This document shows, one piece after another, positions 49,769-63,305 of a DNA stretch of 64,000 nucleotides. Source of the DNA: Pseudogymnoascus verrucosus (Eukaryota); NCBI GenBank assembly GCA_001662655.1, contig KV460248.1, one strand, 5' to 3'. Within the stretch, counting starts at the first letter, position 1. The number at the start of each line of letters is the position of its first letter. The notes beneath the pieces were generated by a model that worked only from the letters and a program-made list of their open reading frames with translations, was not told the DNA's origin and searched no databases. A program made the position numbers and the translations under genes.

Positions 49769-52700
49769 ATGACTGAACAGGAAAGGTAAGACTCCTCATC
49801 CACTGCACCAGTCACCACGAAAGAGCCCGGAATATTAGAAGGTACCATTTGGTAGCTATTTCCGCGTCTCGTTCACTGGAGTTTAAAGTGAAGCGCGACG
49901 TTTCTTGGTTATGGCAATAACGGAGGTTCTGTCCTTTCTGGAAGCAAGTGCTTCGGCCTGTCGTCCCGACAGAACCTAAAATCAACAACCCATGTACGGG
50001 GGGTGGTATGAGACAGCTATGTGATAAATAGCTAACATCAAACTCATCACAGCCACAAGCGCACGAAGTCAACACTGTCGTTACTACGCCGTAACCCAGC
50101 AAAAATCATCGACGACGAAGGGGCGTCTGATTCTGGGTCCGTTGGAAGTAGCTCCCAGCCAACCTTGCACCCAAGCGCGTCAGGCACCTCGTTACTATCG
50201 AAATCGCCTACGATGGCTGGACTAACGAAAACCGTCTCGGATTCTGGCCGGAGCGCCAAGTTGCCAGCTGCCGCGACACCAGACAAAACATTATCAATTG
50301 AACAGTCGGTTCGCAAGTTCAGAATATTCGAAGCTTTGCGGGGTGGCGACACGGCTCAGATATCCAAGAGCATTCGCGAGGCGTCTGAAGGAGCGAATGC
50401 GGCTGGCCAGCTTGAGGATACGACGATTCTACATTTGGCGATACAATGTGCGGAGCTTCCGGTTGTCGAGTATGTCCTATCAGACGGTGCATCCGCTATC
50501 GATATAAATGCGAAGGACAAAGATGGAAATACTCCGCTGCATCTTGCTGCACTACAAGGCAGGGGACAGATTGTGCGGCTGTTGCTTGCGCAAACTGGGA
50601 TCAACGACTCCATCGCCAACACTGCCGGTAAACTTCCACTGGATTTGGCGCGAACCCCGGATATCTTCCAGCAGCTGCAACTTTCCCGGTCGTTGTTCGT
50701 CGATACCAAGATCAAAGAAATCCAACTACTCATCTCCGGCGGCAACTATAAAGCGCTCAGTGATGTGCTCGAAGAGCCGCGCGTAAAGACTGTGCTGGAT
50801 ATTAATGGCGGGGAGTTCGCATCTGAGATAAGCACGGTTCAATCGGGTGGCACGTTGCTACATGAAGCGGCCCGAAGGAAGAATACCCAGCTTATCCAGG
50901 TGCTCTTGCTACATGGCGCCGATCCGTTCCGACGTGATAGGAGGGGTAAGCTTCCCCAGGATGTCACCAAGGATGAGGCGACAAGGGCTATGCTTAAGAG
51001 GTCTCCAGCAGCAGTTGCTGCGCAGAGGGGCATTCAAGAAAAGGCCGTGCTGGGCAACCTATCACAAACTGCTGCTGGGACCACCGGTGCTGCAGATGCC
51101 CTCGCAGCGAAAGAGTCACGAGAAATGAAAGGGTACTTGAAGAAATGGACAAACTATCGCAAGGGCTATCAGTTGCGATGGTTTGTGCTTGAGGATGGAG
51201 TGCTGAGCTATTATAAGAACCAGGACGATACCGGCTCAGCATGCCGCGGGGCTATCAACATGCGCATTGCCAAATTGAACATGGATCCGACTGAGAAGCA
51301 AAAATTCGAAATCATTGGAAAATCTTCCGTGAAGTACTCCCTGAAGGCCAATCACGAGGTTGAAACCAAACGGTGGTTCTGGGCCCTGAACAACTCCATC
51401 CAGTGGACAAAGGATCAGGCGAAGGAGGAGTATAAGCAGAAGGAACGTGTTTCCGAGCTCCTTCGTCAGGCTAAGGCTGAGCAATCAGAGAGAACTTCAA
51501 GGGATCATTCATCGGTTAACTTGGCGCCTGAAAGCGTTTCTGGTAGTGATATTCGACGAGGCAGCATGCAGAGCGTTAGAGCGACCCCTACGAGCGAGCC
51601 GTCCCGCCAGCCAAGCCAGCGTGTTACATTTAAGGGAACAAGTGTTGCTGGTAGTGTGCAAGATGAAGATGAGGGCACCGCATATGGCTCATACGAGGCC
51701 AGCTTTGTGAACGATGCAACTCGCATTACAGGCACTATCGCCAACCAACAGTTCGATGGTGACTACGAGGAAGACTACGGCGATGATGCCAGCAGCCGAG
51801 AGCGTGCACCTGTCAGCAAGGATGCGTTCGATATCACCGCACAATCCGCCAAGTTACAACTTGACATGATGAGCCAAGTCCACACTGCTATATTGTCGGA
51901 ACAAAGCCAGAACCCAGGTGCAACCATCTCAGATCCTTTGATCAGACAAGCACTATCTACCTATGACAACTCTATTCGAAGCCTTAACGGTCTCTTGAGC
52001 GATATGACCAAGATCTCGAAAGATCGAGATGACTACTGGCAACGACGACTTGACCACGAAGCAGAATTGCGTCAAATGTGGGAAGATAGCATGGCACAAG
52101 TTGCTCGGGAGCAAGAAGTCTTGGAGGCTAGAATGGGTGAATCAGAGGAGAAGCGAAAGCGCACGAAGCGGGCTCTGCGAGAAGTGATAGAGAGCACCAG
52201 CAGACCAGAAAGCAGGGGTTCTGTTCACGAACCTGGGTTGGTCGAGGCAGTGGAGGCTATCGAAGCTCCTGACGGCGTCGCTACTCTCAGGAGGCGTGCA
52301 TCATCGACCAAAAGCACGTTGCGGCGTAAGTCGATACTGGCAGACATCAAAATCCTTTCCGATTCTGATTCGGAAGATGATGAAGAGTTCTTCGATGCCG
52401 TAGATGCTGGCGAGATTGCCGTTGGCGAAATGCCAATGAGCCCAAAAGCAGAAGAACCTACAGAAGAGAAGAGCATGCAACTCACTCTAGCTGGTGGTGT
52501 TGACTTGACCTCGTCCTACCTCGGTTATGAAGATGGTATTCGAAAACGTCTGAAGATGGATGCCGATGACAGGCCGAAGATTTCACTCTGGGTAAGCTAT
52601 CACACTACAGTATTGGAGAAGACAGTTTGCTAACATTCGCTCAGAGTATTCTCAGATCTATGGTTGGCAAAGACATGACGAAGATGACATTACCTGTCTC

Positions 52701-53814
52701 ATTTAACGAACCAACTTCCTTACTGCAGCGATGTGCTGAAGATATGGAATATACAGATCTTCTAGATACTGCTGCCGGGCGGGCGGATCCTACGGAGCGA
52801 ATGGTGTATGTTGCAGCATTTGCCGCAAGTGAATATGCTTCAACTATCGGCCGTGTTGCAAAGCCTTTTAATCCTTTACTCGGCGAAACCTTCGAGTATG
52901 CTCGGCCAGACAAAGAGTTCCGCTTCTTCATCGAGCAAGTCAGCCATCACCCCCCTATTGGAGCCGCGTGGGCAGAATCGCCAAGGTGGACATACTGGGG
53001 AGAGTCTGCTGTCAAATCGAAGTTTTACGGAAAGTCCTTCGATATCAATCCCCTGGGTACATGGTTCTTAAGGCTTCGTCCCACAAATGGGGACAAAGAA
53101 GAGCTCTACACCTGGAAGAAGGTCACCTCTTCTGTCATCGGTATTATCACTGGGTCCCCAACAGTTGACAACTATGGTATCATGGAAGTGAAGAACTGGA
53201 CTACAGGCGAAGTTTCGACAGTTGATTTCAAGCCGCGAGGCTGGACCGCCAGCTCAGCCTACAACATCAGTGGTCGTGTCCTTGATGCCCGCGGCAAGCC
53301 ACGCTTCAGCTTGGGAGGCAAATGGAATAGCAAGTTTTATGCCAGGTTAACGCCCGGGTACGAAGCACCGATTGAAGAGCCCAAGGGTGAGCTTCGCCAC
53401 CAAGATAGCGTTGTCGACGTGAACCAGGCTTTCCTGGTCTGGCAAGCAAATCCCAGACCAACAGGAATCCCCTTCAACTTGACGCCGTTTGTTGTCACTC
53501 TGAACGATATCAATGATAAGTTAAGGCCATATCTGCCGCCAACCGACACGAGATTAAGACCGGATCAAAGGGCTATGGAAGATGGAGAGTATGCTCTTGC
53601 TGCGACAGAGAAGAACCGTGTTGAGGAGAAGCAGAGAGCTACAAGGAAGAGGAGAGAGATGAACGGAGAGGAGTTTATTCCTCATTGGTTCAAGAAGAAT
53701 AAGTGCCCGATTACTGGAGAAGAGTACTGGGATTTCACGGGCCAGTATTGGGAGGAGAGAGAGAAGGCTGGCAAGGGCGAGAGCAATTGGGATGGGGTTG
53801 AGCGCATTTTCTAG
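49769..53814 (+). CDS. OSH1: Oxysterol-binding protein with ankyrin repeats, PH domain, FFAT motif and ORD (Osh1/Osh2 type); exons 49769-49785, 50053-52591, 52646-53814
   Basis: Ankyrin [56 protein letters not shown] and EQVSHHPP. Confidence 0.93.
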
Positions 53815-54085
53815 ATTGTTTCCCCTGCAATGGTTTGCCTTGCGATCGATGAGATTAATAGAACGTGCGAATGTCAGTTTTGTACCATCTTCAAAGTTCA
53901 AGTATAATACAAATATGAATGTAAATGTGAACGTAAATGAGAAATGAGCTGTCCCAATGAGGACTTCCCGAGGCAGGCTTGGCGCGAAGCAAACAGAGCA
54001 AACATGTCCCAAAATTATAGTAATGTCCACCTCCCTCAACCGCATGTCCAGTGTCAATGCCAACATCATCACAGCAGTTGTTCAA

Positions 54086-55351
54086 ATGAAGCGCATATCA
54101 CAATCAGTGTCCTCGGAGGCCGCAAGGTCTGCCAGAGCAGTTTTCCCTCGCCGCCCGGCGCAAGCATTATATACCCAGCGGAGTTTCGGCACCACATCTC
54201 GTCTATCCGCAGATGTCGCACCGATAACAGCGGCTGGGCCACCGCCTGACGCACCCGTTGCGTCGGTGGAGCATACGGATATTCGAGTTGCGCGGAAGAA
54301 GAAGCAGGCGGAGCTGTTGAAGAGGGGCCAGGATATGAGGGCGATTGGAAAGGGTACTGGCGGCGGCTCGGCGAAGACGAAGAGATTTTGGAAGGACGTC
54401 AATGTCAAGAAGACTGATGGTATGCAGTTATCCATGTATGCTTCGATGGAATAGCAGAGCAGATTGCTAATTATTTTTGTGTATTAGATGGTCATCAAAT
54501 CTTCCTAGACACTCGCCCACTCCGAACCCCGACGAAACAGATCCTCAGCGTCGCGCATACCAAACCCCATCTCGCCCACGCCATCGCCTTAGAATGGGAT
54601 TTACTCGTCTCCGCGCAGCAAGCTCTCCGCCACCATCTCATCCCCCTCACCTCCCTCACGTCTCGCGCTCTTGACATCGCCGAAGAAGACAAGAAGTCGT
54701 CATCAGCGTCCAACCCAAATGGCCTCCGCAACACCATCACCGAGACGCTGATGCGATACCTTGACACCGACTCCTTGCTCTGCTGGGCACCTACACCGCC
54801 TGATGACCCACCGGGATACGAGACCCACGTTAGCCGCACCGAGAGTCTGCGGACCATTCAGCAGAGGACCGCCTTGCCTATCATCCAATACTTGACGGAG
54901 CGTGTGTGGCCAGGCGTGGAAATCGTGCCTGTGCTAGACGAGGGCAGCATTATGCCTAATGCGCAGCCACAGCAGACGTTAGATGTGATCAAGGGGTGGA
55001 TCATGGGCCTTCCTGCCTACGAGCTGGCTGGGTTGGAACACGCGGTGTTTGCGGGCAAGGGGCTGCTTGTTGCTGCTAGGTTGCTTGTGGAGTGGAGCGA
55101 GGAGCTTGCTCATCTTAGGGGGGAGGAACCGGAGAAGAAGTTTGGTATTGAGGAGGCTGCGAATGCGGCTACGCTTGAGGTTGAGTATCAGTTGGGGATG
55201 TGGGGTGTTGTGGAGGTAAGTTATTCTACTGGTTCTGTCCGATGTGAAGTTGCTAATATCTACATAGGATACCCATGATGTGGACCGCGAGGATGTGAGG
55301 CGGCAGTTTGGCAGCGTGATCCTTTTGGTATCTGGAGAGAAGGCACCATAG
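54086..55351 (+). CDS. ATP12: Mitochondrial F1-ATPase assembly chaperone Atp12, three exons
   Basis: Arg-rich presequence, KRFWKDVNV, LDTRPLRTP, AIALEWD, IPLTSL, RYLDTDSLLC and QLGMWGVVE|DTHDVD. Confidence 0.93.
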
Positions 55352-55943
55352 ATGTAAACTTGTAGCAATATTTGTACTTTTGTATTATCAATGTAAACTA
55401 CGAGATGGCTTCCATTCATTTGGCGCTATGCTATGCATCTCCACATATAATATCCCGGCTGGGGTTTAATAACGCCCAGTGAAATAACCCATCATTGTGA
55501 TATGTAAACATTTTAACAGCAAAAAAAATAAGATATATAAGATTTAAGCTATCTCATACGAATCCAATACCCAGATGCTGCCAAGACATAGCTTCCAAAA
55601 TGCCATCCTCTCATTGCCCCTCCAGGTACACAGAACCATGACTGGTTCGCGGACATGACGACGCTGCCCCGCACTCGCACCCCCACCATCACCAAGCCAA
55701 GCCGCGCAACACAGCTCAGTAGTTGGCTAGATTGCTCTTTCCTACATGGCATTCAGCTTGCTTTACACGCATCATGTCTCACTCAGGCACTGGCTCCCTA
55801 TATTATGGGTCCTGCTATCCTCCACAGTATTTTGATTCAGACCCCTCATTGAACCATTCTCCTACATAAACTACTACAATTCCTATAGATCTACAGTCTA
55901 CTATCAACTACAGTCTTTTGAAGAACCTACAGAAGTAGCAATT

Positions 55944-56733
55944 ATGGATTTCATTAACAAGCTTGCCAGCAGCGCTGGTGATAACAACAACAACAACGGT
56001 GGTGGTAACAACTCTGGGAACAACCAGTACAATAACAACAACAACCAGAGGAACGACGACCAGTACGGCAACAGCAATAACAACAACAACCAGAGGAATG
56101 ATAACCAGTACGGCAACTCTAGCAACAACAACAACAACAACAACCAGAACAATGATAACCAGTACGGCAACTCTGGCAGCAGCAACAACAACAACAACCA
56201 GAGGAACGACGACCAGTACAGCAACAACCAGAGGAATGATAACTCCGGGGGCAGCAGCAACCAGAGCGGCGCTGGCGGCTTCCTGGGTGGCCTGATGGAC
56301 AAGGTCAACTCATCCCAGAACAACAACAACAACAACAACAACCAGAGCAATAATAACTCTGGCGGCAGCAACAACCAGAGCAGCGGCGGCAGCAGCTTCT
56401 TGGACGGTCTGAAGGACAAGGTCAACTCCGCTGCCGGCGGTGGCCGCGACAGCGAGAAGAACGAGGATATGCTTGACAAGGGTATGTGACCCCGTGCTCA
56501 GTCTTCAAGCCGTGCCGCGAATTTCTTCGAGTTGGGTTGCACAGATCTGTACTAACAGATTCATAGGCATTGATTTCGTGCAGGAGAAGTTCATGGGCCA
56601 GGGCAAGCAGGATAATGAGTCCGCTATTGAGCAGGCGAAGGATGGGCAGATCGCGGACTTCATCCGTGGGCAGTACAAGAGTGCTACTGGGTCTGATTTC
56701 CCCATCAAGGACAAGAAGAATTCCTTTAACTAA
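55944..56733 (+). CDS. Asn-rich hydrophilic protein with a conserved-looking C-terminal domain (DDR48-like annotation class); exons 55944-56481, 56567-56733
   Basis: N/Q/G/S repeats, then DKVNSAAGGGRDSEKNEDMLDK|GIDFVQEKFMGQGKQDNESAIEQAKDGQIADFIRGQYKSATGSDFP. Confidence 0.85.
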
Positions 56734-57072
56734 GCGGTTGGTTGATGGGTATGTGGTTGGGGAGAGAGGACAGCTTCCGGGCTGTGTTTTGATGCCTGGG
56801 ATGGCTATATCATGATAAACCACTCACAGATCGGCTTTCAATGCAATCAATGATTTTATGTGTGTTTTTTTGTCTTGGGGTGAAGACCCTTTCTCTAGTG
56901 ACTATGTTTTCTAAGTGCTCTGTCTTGAATACCAACAAGTACAGTATAATGTTCAAATTAAACGTAAATATGCGCTCCAAAGGAAATCTGGTGTATGTAG
57001 GTAGGTAAATGTAGAGATACAGTAGGAAATCTAATGCGTAAACAACATATCCGATCTATAGCTGGGCGGGTA

Positions 57073-58270
57073 TCAAAGCTTAGATTCAGATGGAGGGGCA
57101 TCCTGTCGTAATCTCACGACACCCTAAATCAACGTTAGCACCATATACTGCGTGAAAGGGGCATCTATGCTGTATAAACAGTGGATTACATACCTCTTGA
57201 ATGCAAGTTGCAATTAGTCTACCATCCGCAGACCACATCTTCTGGAAAACCAAGCCCCTCCCATCCCCAGACCACGGACTCTCCATCTCCGTGAAAATCC
57301 ACTCATCCGCCTTCAAGCTCCTCGGCTCATGGAAGTAAATAGTATGATCGAGACTAACCATCATCCCAATCTCCGGCCTATTAGTTCGATTATCCAAATC
57401 GTCCCCAAAGCCCTCCGTAATCTTATTCCTGCGCATCTGCTCCGCAGCCAATGGATTCGCCTCAATCTTCTTCGCAATCGCACTTCCCGGCGTCGGGAAG
57501 CGCCAGAGGTTGTGGATACGCGAAATCGTGCCAATGAAGTACGAATCAGACATATACGCCAGAGCGGACAAATGAGCCTCGTGGCCACCAGCCTCACTGA
57601 TCTTGCCCCTCGCGCGGATCCACTGCCTTGTTTTCTTCGCATTCGGCTCACCGTCGTTATTCAGGATAGCTACTCTCTGGCTCTCGAATGGAGGGCCAGA
57701 ACTCCCATCCCTCTTATCACCCGGAAGGTCAGGCTCGGGGCCCATAATACCCTCCGGCATCAACGCAGCATGGTGCACCGTCTCACGGCCTCCTGACCCT
57801 TCTCTCGCGAACGACATTGTGGTAGTGAAGATGCACTTCCCTCTCTGGCGCGCCTGGACAGTGCGCGTGGCGAAGGACTTGCCCTCCCGAACGTGCTCAA
57901 CGTGGTAAAGGATGGGGATGGTCGAGTCGCCGGCGAGGACGAAGTAGCAGTGCATGGAGTGGATTGTGAAGTGGGAGGGCACGGTGCGCTGGGCTGCGGC
58001 GAGGCATTGGGCAATCACGGCGCCGCCGTAGACGCCACGCGCTCCGGGGGGGTGCCATAGGGGGCGGGTGTTGGTGAAGATATCCTGTAGGGGGGCGGAG
58101 GGGTCAGCGATTGTCAGGGACGAGGGGGGGGGTGGGAGGGAGATGGCAAGACAGATAGCACATACAGGTCCGATTGCATTCAATTCCGTCAGCTCAAGGG
58201 TGTTTTCGATGGCGGAAAGTTCGGGGTTTTGAGGTGGTGGTCGAACCAGAGTTGTCCTGCTGTCCGACAT
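57073..58270 (-). CDS. TES1: Peroxisomal acyl-CoA thioesterase II; exons 58270-58166, 58084-57194, 57123-57073
   Basis: GVYGGAVIAQ, HSMHCYF, ALAYMSD, SLDHTIYFH and CIQE|GVVR; the spliced C-terminus ends in the PTS1 signal SKL. Confidence 0.93.
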
Positions 58271-58869
58271 TGCGCTGTGGGCGGTGCGATGCGCCTTTGA
58301 TCACTCAGGGCACAGTAGGGTAGGTACGGAGTTGTATATGGCGGGTTTGAAGTGCTTATAAAGTGCTCAAGAGTGCGAGATGTATTTCGAGATGTTGGAC
58401 CGGTCTCATATTCTATAGAAATGCTGCATCTTTTCTCATCCGAAACCACCACTATGGGTCGGTTGCTTTGAGTGCCAAGGCCGTCAAACGTGCCGAGGCA
58501 TTGTTCCAGAAGCCAACCAACCACTCGGAACTGTGGTTGCCCCGGAATTAGAACCCCAGGACACCCCAGTGATTAGTGATGTAACCCCGCCGTTCTCCAT
58601 TAACCATTCAAGCATCGCGAACCTTGAACCTTGACTCTTATTTACACAGCCGCTCTCAACAAAACCCAGGCACCGGGACAAGCATGTGATAATAGTAACG
58701 GCTTAAGATTACCCCTATCTTACACTTCTTTTTAAATGCTCTCTATGCGCGCCCAGAGAACCTTCTTGACTGAAAAAAATAGAACTGGCAAGACAGCACA
58801 GCGCGCTGGCTTCGCTCAAAATACAATAATACTAATCTACATTCAACAGCTTCCTGCGCCATAACCAGA

Positions 58870-61800
58870 TCAATACGGAGGCTCTACCATCCCTGGGTCC
58901 TGGCGTTTGTCATTCCCAGTGGTGATACCCTTCAACAATAACTCGAGGTTCAGACCTGGACTGGCTTCGCGACCCTGCTTTCCATTTTCTATACTCTGAG
59001 GTCCTTCCTGGGTACGCCGGCCGCGACTCTCACTCCGTCCGTTTTGCAGATAGTCCCCAAGCGATATTTCTTGAGCTCGAGTTTTTAGGTTCCTCGACCG
59101 GTCCTCGTCGCCTGTTGGACTGCCACCGATGGTCAAAGACGCGGGCAATGGAGGTACCGGTGGGACCTCCTCCTCATCTGCCTCCCTCGCACTTCCATCA
59201 CCGTATGCGGGCACAGAGTCGGACTGGACAGGGTGAGACCTCAGTGGCTTAAAACCCTCATTGGCAATGGTCCTCTCCTGAGACTTCGATCGTGGAATCT
59301 CGTTTGAGGGCTTCCGTCCCCTGTCGGCTATGGGGCCACGATTGTCGTAAGAAAACTCCGAAGGAGATGCGTCGTAGCTCAGCATACTCTCACTGCTTGA
59401 GTCGTTGTGAATAGTACCGACGCCTCTTGATGGTGGCGCTTGGCCAGACAGGACTCTCTTCAGATGGTCAACACGAGTTATGGAGTTCTTGCTTGAATCA
59501 CTTGGAGTGCGATCCGGGCCGGTGCTTTGGCGTAGTTTTGATATCGCAGACAGTCCACCTATGATCCCGTATGCCTGGGAAGGCGGCCTGCTACGTTGTT
59601 GGTGCAAGCTATGAGTTGACAGGGCTCCACCATTGCCGTTAACTGTGAGGTAGTTTCGAGCCTGTCCAGTAGCATTCGTTCCAGATCTAGATCCACTGAG
59701 AGATACGGATTTGCTGCCAGTAATTCTTGAAGCAAGAACAGCTTCTTTGCTCCATTCAGATAGCATCTCCTCCTTGACAGCTTCTGGGATAGTAGCGACG
59801 GGGCTTTGGACTTCCTGGGGTTGACTTAGAATTGGATGATTGAAGCTTCGGTTGGGCGACGAGACTGGACTAGTCGCTGCTGCAGATGCTTGGGAATAAG
59901 ACACTTCAATCAGCTCGACCAGTGTTTCCCGATCATCAAATGGAGTAAGGGATTCGGACTCGAGTTCATGCGTAGGTAGACCTTGATGTGGCGATATCGT
60001 CCCTGGGATACCAAGCTCCGGCAGTGGCACAGGAGGCATTTGGATTATCTTGGCCCAGAAGCCCTTGCTTTGGCGGCGGAATATCTCATCGTAAATCTCC
60101 ATTCCAATTCCAGACGATCTCAAATCGAATTTTTCGCTCAATGCCCAGAAATAGCCATGGCAGAGACTACCCATGCGCACCTTAGCAAGCGTTTCGGCGT
60201 CTTGGATATCTTCCTGGAGGCGGAAAATCATAGGTAGTCCGCTCTTAACAGCATTCATGCCCAGCTTGTCAACCAGTTTGACAAGAAGTAAGTGCAGCAA
60301 GCCAATATCTGGTTCAGAATCCGTATACTGGAGTGCATTTTCGTATATTGCGAGGTGGAGAAGCTCAATGACGTTCGTCTGCTGAAGCTTTGCTGCCCTT
60401 TCCCTATGCGACGTAGCAGAAACTGCACGCCTTGCCATGTTGTCGGTAGAATCGTCGCCAGAGGTTCGCATAATACCCTTGTGATGGGTGTGGGGGGGTG
60501 ATTTCTCGTCCAAGGCAGTAAGCTCTTCGCTACTCGCCTCCCGGTCCAGCCATGTCAGAAAGGCATCAGCATATGCAAGTCGCACCAGCCCATCACTATC
60601 ACGTAAGAGCCATTGCGTAGACTCCCACACGCCAAGTCCGACTCTGGTTCTACCAAGAGTACTTTCGGCTATCTTCGATCGTTTGGTGGCCACGGTGAGG
60701 ATGCTTTTGACGGCTGTCAATGCAGATAGCTTCGCCGTGTCGAAAGAAAAGAATCCATCGATTCTGCCATCCTCAACAATATTTGCCGCCGCAGCAACAA
60801 GACTTGAGGTACCTTCTGCATCCTCGACGGTTGCTCCATCAGTTGGTGTAACTGATACTGGTAACGGCTTTAAACGAAGCAACAAAGCTGAGATCATATC
60901 CGATATTTGATCAGCATAGTAGACATGGGTCGCCAAATCTCCAATGCAGCGTTCAAGAACACGCAAAAGATCTATCTGAACTCGAGAAGGCGCGTTCGGC
61001 ACGCCGTCCGCGGCCACTCTATCGGAACTCGTAGTTGGTAGTGTCTGTTTCGATGACCTGCCGTCAAGACCTCCTCCATTTGTAGACTGAATAGGAGACT
61101 TTGCCTTGCCTAAGTGGAGCAACTGAAGAACATGCTGTATAAGACCGAGTAAAACGTCCATAACGCTGAGACCTATTAAATTGATATCGGAGCGCAGTAA
61201 CGAGCCTATCATCGTAGCAAGGACAAGTTCTTGTGGCGCACTGTTTTCGTTCAAGGGGCTTCTGACAAGAGCATCCATGGCTGTGACGAGTATCGTGTAT
61301 CGCTCTTGTACGGGCGTCCACCTAGCAAACATGAGAAATACAGTGGTTGCCCATCCACGGTCTTCACTGTATGGATATTGTTGGTCGATCAGGACTTCGC
61401 CTTGGATGACTCTATCCGAAATGAAGCTCAGTGTTGCGAGAGTTCCACTTCGAATTTGAGATCTGCTGTTGACCTCAAAGATCTGCTTCAAACACTGGAT
61501 GGCCAGAACACCAATGTCCTCCTCGGCGAGTTTGTCGGCATCGGCTGTAGTACCAGAAAGTGCTATTGGGTTTACGTCTGTTGTTGTTTCCACAGTTCTT
61601 ACAGTCGCAATACTTCCTCGTCGTGGTAGGAGCTTCTCAGAACTGACCCTCTCTTCTAAATAAGCCCTACTGAGCAGAGTGTCGAGATACTCTGGGTTAT
61701 CGGTCCACAAATTCTCGAGAAGTACGGGCATAATGACACCAAGTTGTCTCCCAGCCACGGATCCCAGAGCTTGTGAGGAAACAACACTTTTAAGTGCGCG

Positions 61801-62437
61801 TAGGCCAGCAACTCTCCACCTCATCGCCATGGGCGCACTCGCTGAAACTATTGGCGGTGGCTTAGGGCGGGTTGATGCAAATGATGCATAAGTTCTGACT
61901 ATATCTTCGTAGTGTCTGAGGTATTCCTGGTCTGCCGACAACGAGGCGCCATCATGATGCTCACAGAAAGCTTCAAATGTTGGTATGGAAGCTTCGACCA
62001 TCGTAATATCGCCAGACTTCAGGATAAGATGGAGAATCTTCAAGACATATCGCGCGTATAGGGGGAGGTCGCGAGGAGTTTTCTCGATCAACGCCTCCAG
62101 TATTTGTAAGGTTACTTGGACATTCCTATGCGATCCGGAAAATTAGCTTTGTTTATGGCTGAGGGGCAACTCTTGATCGCAACACTTTCCATCCACAGCG
62201 ACCAAAAGGAGATGAAACTTACCCTATGCGCGCTCTCCAGACATCACTAGCTGTCTTGGTCTCCAGGAAAGCTCCAACTTTTTGTACCTTGCTGCGCCGT
62301 GTTGTTGCGTAATATGAGAGATAGCTCAACTCGCTGGAATTTGGCTTGACGTCAACGGCGCCCTTCGTAATTCTTGGATAGCATTTCAAGACCAAAACCT
62401 GATGCTTCGGGCGACATTTTTGGCTTATGGCGTGCAT
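58870..62437 (-). CDS. EFR3: Efr3, plasma-membrane PI4-kinase scaffold; exons 62437-62223, 62125-58870
   Basis: CRPKHQVLVLKCYP..NSSELSYLSYYATTRRSKVQKVGAFL; NLIGLSVMDVL; LATHVYYADQISDM. Confidence 0.92.
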
Positions 62438-63305
62438 CTGTTCGGTGGCCTCGAGCCGCGTGGATGGGTTCGAGGTTCAGGTCCTGGCCAAGTTCCAACC
62501 GGGTTGAAGATCCGAAGATAACAACAATTAGGGTGTCCTCAGGGTTCAGTTGCGATAAAGTTGGGAGATTAAATCATCGACGTCTGAAGCGATCGCAACT
62601 GAGGTAGGGCGGAGACTTGCAAGCAACATCGATGGACTTTAGGCAATTGAGGGTATTCGGACAGGTAGGTGTCAGCGCGATCAGTTGACTCCTGTAATCT
62701 TTGTCGTCGTCAGGCTCGTGCCTCTGGCCACTCTTTCCATCATTCCGGCTTGTTCCCCTGTCAGCCCTGGAACAAACAATTCCCGGGTCCCGTTGATCTG
62801 CAACACCAAAACAAAGCCATGACCACATGCTACCAGCCGTTCCAACAATCGGTCTCTCCCGGTCTCTCCAGTGATTTATCATATTTCGCGATGAGCAGCT
62901 TAAGCGCTTCGCCATGGGCCATATTTTCTAAAAATCCACGTCTTAAGATTTTATCTTCAAGTTTGTTGAGTTGTGAAGTGCCAGGTATGTGTTAATGATT
63001 TCATGTGCAATCTCCTCTATGTAAGAACTACAGTACCAAAAGGACCGAAACGCCCTCTCCAACCGCCCCGTCGCCAAACACCGTCTTATATAGCCTTCAC
63101 GACACCAATATCCAGGCCTAGGCAACCATGAACCTCAGCAAGTATGCAATATAGAAGTAATGAAAAAAGCTGCCAGGTGATGACCCTCAAACCCAAACTA
63201 ACGCCTTCATGTATCCCCCACCCCTTGCCCCCCGCCCTAGCCTGACCCCTACTTCGACCTTATCATTCATTCGTTGCAGTTTCCAAAGGTCCGTCATACA
63301 CATCA

